A stretch of 40,059 nt of DNA from Anaeromyxobacteraceae bacterium (GTDB lineage Bacteria; Myxococcota; Myxococcia; Myxococcales; Anaeromyxobacteraceae). The stretch is from contig JAULAX010000006.1 of the NCBI GenBank assembly GCA_032654565.1, positions 1-40,059 on the forward strand. The letters are read 5' to 3'. The notes beneath the pieces are model-generated. The model was not told where the DNA came from and searched no databases. It saw only the letters and a program-made list of their open reading frames with translations. Made by a program: the position numbers and the translations under genes. Below, piece after piece: positions 35,807-40,059 of the stretch (positions are counted from its first letter, which is position 1; each line of letters starts with the position of its first letter).

Positions 35807-38239
35807 CCAGTAGGCGAGCGGGTGGAGCGCGAGGCGCACCACGGTGGTCCGGGCACCGTACATGAGCAGGAAATCGCTGTAGTGGCCCGGCTTCATCTCG
35901 AGCCCCGCGAAGGCCTCGGCAGCCCGTGCAGACAGCCCGAAGTGCTCGATGACCGACCGGTGCTTGCCAGCCAGATGCCGCAGGAAGATGCGGATGGTGC
36001 TGTTCCCGACGATGGCCTCCCGTCCTACCCGCGACCCGAGGAAGTCGTTCAGGTTTTGGGAGATCATCCACATCGCGGTGTCGTACTTCCGCATCTTCCG
36101 GTAGCAGCCGCCGAGGAACCGCTCGGTGGCGTCGTCGGCGCCAAGGTACTCGTGCCCCTCGTCCACCTCGACGAGGGTGCGGGTGCGGCGGGCCATCGCC
36201 CGGTTGGTGATGGCCTGGATGATGGTGGCCATCGCCACCGCCTTGGTAGAGGCGTTCTCCGAGACGCGAGCGAGGTCGAAGGTGAGGAGCGGCGCGTCGA
36301 ACCGGAGCTTCGAGGGCCTGTTGAGAAACTCGGCGTAGAGGCCGGTGCAGTAGATGCCGAGGCGGCGCACCAGGTCGTCGGCGATGGCCTTGTCGTTCGG
36401 GTGGCTCCACTCGTACGTCGCCAGCGCCTCGGAGATGTGGCCGATGAGCACTGGCTCCTCCGGGCAAAGTCTAAACTTGGTCTCGTAGAGCCAGCGGACG
36501 GCGCGAGAGACCACGTCCTGCTCCACCTTGTCGAACGGAGGCCGGGTCCGGTCGGCCACGCACACCTCGATGAACTGGACCGTATGCTCGATCTCCTCGT
36601 TGGAGATGGCCCCGTCCGGCCCGGCGAGCTGGGCATAGGGAAGGAACGGCGAGATCGAGGTGGAGAGGTCCACCGCGATGTGGACCCCGCCGAGCAGCTC
36701 GGTGAGCGGCGCCCAGGAGCGGCCGTTGTCGATGAGGATGGCCTCGATGCCAGCTGCCCGGGCGTCGAGCGTGAGCGCGCCCAGGGTGACGCTCTTCCCC
36801 GAGCCGGTGTCGGCCACGACGATGCCGTGGTGGGCGTTCACACCGCTCGACTTGTCGAAGAGGTCGAAGCGGAAGGCGTCCCCGGTGGGGGTGAGGAGCA
36901 GGCTCGAAGCCCGGGACGTGCCGCGCCAGGGGGCGTAGACCGGCAGGAAGTCGGCGGCGTTGCGGCTGGTGCACCCCTTGCGGCGGAGCTGATAGCGCCC
37001 AGCGCCAGGGAGCATGGAGAGGAATGCCGGGAGCTGGGTGACCTCCTCCTGGAGCAGCTCGGAGTTGCCTGTCGCAGCGAAAGCGCTTCGCGCGGCCTCG
37101 GTGGCCGCGTCGAGCTCGTCGAGGGTCTCGGCTTCGAGGAGGAGCGAGACCGAGAGCGCCACGATCTTGCTGCTCATCGACGACAGCTCCTCGAACAGCC
37201 CCTGGATGGCCTCGCGCTTGGAGCGGTCGGCCTCCTCCTGCTCCACGGTGTGGCGCTCCAGGAAGGGCACCACCTGGCGGAGGCTCTGGACGAGAGCGTG
37301 CTGGTTGTTGAGGAGCCAGCGCGCAGCTCGCTGGGCCCGAAGGTGGACGGTGACGGCGAGCGTGTAGGGCAGCGGGCCAGCGCCTGTCGAGAGGCCGAGG
37401 AGCGGCTCGGAGGCGAAGTAGGAGGTGCCTGCCTCCGGGAGCATCTTCAACGTGGCGACCCGGCGATAGAGGCCGCCTTGCCGGAGGTGGCCGCGGGCCT
37501 CCTCGATGTCCTCGTTGGCGAGCTGTTCCGCCTCCGTGTACTCGGCCAGGTGACGCCCTTCGCGCTTCAGGGTCTCCTCGGCCCAGAGGGTGTCGCGCAG
37601 GCGTACGCGCGGCGGCGGGAGCCCTTGCCGCGCCCGGCCGGGGTTCAGCAGGTCGTGGTGGAGGCGCCACACCTCCTCGAGGTCCAGCTCCCGGGCCGGG
37701 ATGCCGCTCGACCCGAGGCGGTTGACGATCCGATCCCTGAGCTGGGCGAGCCGGGCGAGGCGCCGTTCGTGTTCGGCCTGGGCCAGCTGCGCGGTCTTCC
37801 CGAAGAGCAGCCGGCCACCCAGGAGCCCTCGGCCGACACCGAGTTTGAGCCCGCCCGTTCCACTGAAGAAGAGGAACACCCGCGTCCGGCGGAGCCGCTG
37901 CTCACGAAGCCAGGCAGCCCGCCCTGCGACGTAGGCCCGGAGCGCCGGGCCGACCGCGCCGGCGCAGGAGGCCTCGTACTCCCGGACCTCCTCCTCGGCG
38001 CCGCGTTCGACCCGGTAGAGGAAGTGGAGCGTCGTCTCGTCATCGAGCGAGGCCACCAGGCTCCTCAAGGCCTCCCCGATGGAGGCGAGCTGGTCCTCCC
38101 CGGCGTACCGGACGTCGAGGCTCCCTAGTTCCAGCCCGCCGACGTAGTCGAGGGCCGGTGTCACGAGCGCAGTGACGCCGCCTTCCCGAAGCGTCCGCCA
38201 GAGCGGGATGAGATCGGCGAGGGCGGTCTCACCGGTCAT
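35807..38239 (-). CDS. virB4: VirB4/TraC-like type IV secretion ATPase, 3' end lost
   Basis: HHGIVVADTGSGKS, ILIDNGRSW, EVDEGH, RKMRKY, ISQ; after LAYW the frame reads into IS630 sequence. Confidence 0.88.
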
Positions 38240-38568
38240 CGCCGGGCCTCGCGCCGAGAGTCCCGGCACTCATAGGGGCCGTAGGGGAAGCGAGGCGTCC
38301 GAGCCCGAGCTGCTGCGCTCAACCGCCCGCCGCTCTGCACCTGACGGATACGCCAGAGGAGCCAGTGCTGCAGGTGGCCCTCCGGCCGGCCGGCCCCGGC
38401 GATGCGGAGAACCAGGTAGATGGCCAAGGCCGTTCCCGCCCCGATGTTGGGGGCGCCGAGCGCCGTGCCCACCCACCCGGCCCCGAGGACCCCGAGCCAC
38501 TCCATCGGGAAGGCGAGCCCGAGGAACGTGCTCGGAGCGTCGAGGTTTCGGTAGACGGGCGCGTACAC
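38236..38568 (-). CDS. VirB3/TraL-like membrane protein
   Basis: PVYRNLDAPSTFLGL plus two TM segments, RPEGHLQHW; between the pilin and virB4, ATGA overlap. Confidence 0.7.
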   Translation of the reverse strand: MYAPVYRNLDAPSTFLGLAFPMEWLGVLGAGWVGTALGAPNIGAGTALAIYLVLRIAGAGRPEGHLQHWLLWRIRQVQSGGRLSAAARARTPRFPYGPYECRDSRREARR

Positions 38569-38598
38569 GGCCGTTCTCCAGTTTGGACTGTGCGCCGC

Positions 38599-38916
38599 TC
38601 AGCCCGCGCGCATCACCTGGAGGAGCCGGTCGGCGTTGGCGAGCAGGAAGTAGAGGATGACCGCGATGATGGCGACATACGCAGTCGACTTGATCATCTC
38701 GGGCCGGATGAAGGCCGCGACGCCCGAGACGATGATCGCGAAGAGTGCGATGGGCGCGATGATGTAGTTGCGCGCGAACTGCAGGAGCTGCTGGCCCGGC
38801 ATGGTCGTCGCCTGGGCGATCGCGGGAGCGGGCGCCAGGGCGATGACGGCGACCAGCGTGATGGCAGCAGCGACGGCGAGCGAATCAAGGTTCCAACGGG
38901 TGGGGCTCCGGAGCAT
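38599..38916 (-). CDS. VirB2/TrbC-like pilin precursor
   Basis: Long leader ending PAIAQ, two hydrophobic helices, position before virB3/virB4. Confidence 0.7.
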   Translation of the reverse strand: MLRSPTRWNLDSLAVAAAITLVAVIALAPAPAIAQATTMPGQQLLQFARNYIIAPIALFAIIVSGVAAFIRPEMIKSTAYVAIIAVILYFLLANADRLLQVMRAG

Positions 38917-39295
38917 GACGTTCCTCCTCTTCCTCGTGTACTCGGCGGCGAAGGGCGCCGTCGAAGTCGGCCTGGACCGCGGCGAGGCGGTCCCTGAGTT
39001 GGCGGGCGTAGGCCACCGGCGAAAGACCTTGGGGACGCTCCAGGAAGAGGAGCGCTCCGAAGGCCGCGGCGAACGAGAAGCCGCTCACCAGCGTCGGGTG
39101 CCAAGCTAGCGCCCAGAGCCACGTCGAGCCGTCCGGGTCCACGAGGACCGCGTTCAGCTCCGCGACGGCCGGGGCCAGTGCCGAGAGGAAGAAGAAGAGC
39201 GCAAGGAGGAGGACGGGGCGCGGGAGGAGCCGGAGGCGCGTCCACGTCGATGCCGGCGCGTCGTTCGTGGCTCGTTGTTCCAGCTCCACCCGCAT
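38885..39295 (-). CDS. Hypothetical membrane protein (2 TM)
   Basis: 136 aa, two hydrophobic segments, co-oriented in the tra operon. Confidence 0.55.
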   Translation of the reverse strand: MRVELEQRATNDAPASTWTRLRLLPRPVLLLALFFFLSALAPAVAELNAVLVDPDGSTWLWALAWHPTLVSGFSFAAAFGALLFLERPQGLSPVAYARQLRDRLAAVQADFDGALRRRVHEEEEERHAPEPHPLEP

Positions 39296-39302
39296 GACGG
39301 CC

Positions 39303-39641
39303 TCACTTCTTCTTGCGCTCGGCGCTCGGGAGGTCGAAGCCCGCGCCCTTTTCGCGAAGCTCCAGGCTCCGCTGGAACAGGAGATGGAGCAGGTACTCGT
39401 ACCGCCGCATCTTCAAGGCCGCGCGGTCCGCCTCCAGGAGCACGGAGGCAGCCCCCGGGAGGCCGAACCAGGTGCGGAGGCCTTCGAAGTGATGATTCAC
39501 GAAGCCGGTGAGGTCGCTCCCCTCCTGGTCAGCCTCGCCGCGCAGGAACTTTACGAGCTCGCGCGGCATGCGGAAGGTCTGCATCAGCTTCTCGGTGGAG
39601 CTGAACGGGTCCGCTTCGGTGGTCTTGGGCTTGGGAGGCAT
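39303..39641 (-). CDS. Hypothetical protein, possible RHH-like regulator heading the tra operon
   Basis: KLMQTFRMPRELVKFL beta-alpha pattern; weak TTGACT-17-TAAACG promoter at 39661-39689. Confidence 0.55.
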   Translation of the reverse strand: MPPKPKTTEADPFSSTEKLMQTFRMPRELVKFLRGEADQEGSDLTGFVNHHFEGLRTWFGLPGAASVLLEADRAALKMRRYEYLLHLLFQRSLELREKGAGFDLPSAERKKK

Positions 39642-39981
39642 CGGATATCCCTTTGTATGTCGTTTAGGCTTCTACGCTACGCGAGTCAACCGGATCGGAT
39701 GGGGCAGACGAACGTCTATCCTGGGCAGTGTGCCAAACTGCCTGACAGATGGCTAGCTTGATGGAGGATCAGGCCCTGATGGGGCCGATCGAAACGAAGC
39801 CTGGCCCCGGCCTGGTGTGGACACGCGGTTCGGCTCTCGGGCAGCAGGCACAGTTTCCCGTGCGTCGGTCGTTGCGTCGTCGCTGGGGTGCGGGGCGGGC
39901 CGTGATCCCCGACCGCAGGCCCTCCGCGCTGGCCCATTTCTGACCGGGCCTCGCGTTCCGCCGCGTGTAGACTGCCAGGCC

Positions 39982-40059
39982 ATGAGCCCCAAGCCCAAGA
40001 AGCCGAGAGACCCCCGCCGCGAGCTGCTGGCCGCGCTCGGTGGGCGCGTTCGCACCTAC
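39982..40059 (+). CDS. Start of a divergent probable XRE-type HTH regulator (runs off window)
   Basis: MSPKPKKPRDPRRELLAALGGRVRTY resembles the N-terminus of XRE HTH proteins. Confidence 0.35.
   Translation, partial: MSPKPKKPRDPRRELLAALGGRVRTY

Overview
High-GC (Myxococcota/Anaeromyxobacter-like by gene content; inference) accessory region that looks like the cargo part of a decaying integrative-conjugative element. From left to right: (1) a tRNA-like att fragment and a start-less double-HTH excisionase-type ORF; (2) a vapBC toxin-antitoxin pair; (3) an IS481-like element that truncates msrA; (4) a bufferin-type MNIO (DUF692) RiPP/metal-stress operon (YceI, BufA2, DUF692, DUF2063, ZAS-NrsF anti-sigma, msrA') with a divergent ECF sigma factor and an OsmC-family gene read through an in-frame UGA (probable selenoprotein split in two by the ORF track); (5) an intact IS21; (6) a ~20-kb sigma54 regulon: exported AiiA/AttM-type metallo-lactonase, GldAFG-like ABC system, HupE/UreJ protein, TonB-receptor remnant, porin, two-component system with its own binding protein, Liv-type importer, Zn alcohol dehydrogenase and aldehyde:ferredoxin oxidoreductase. 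It has three -24/-12 promoters, each preceded by the same GAGCG-N5-CGCTC palindrome; (7) a nested IS pile (IS3-like end, IS630, IS630 interrupted by IS21); (8) a 3'-truncated VirB4 with VirB3/VirB2-like genes. No CRISPR, rRNA or complete tRNA seen. All calls are from motif recognition by eye; no searches were run.
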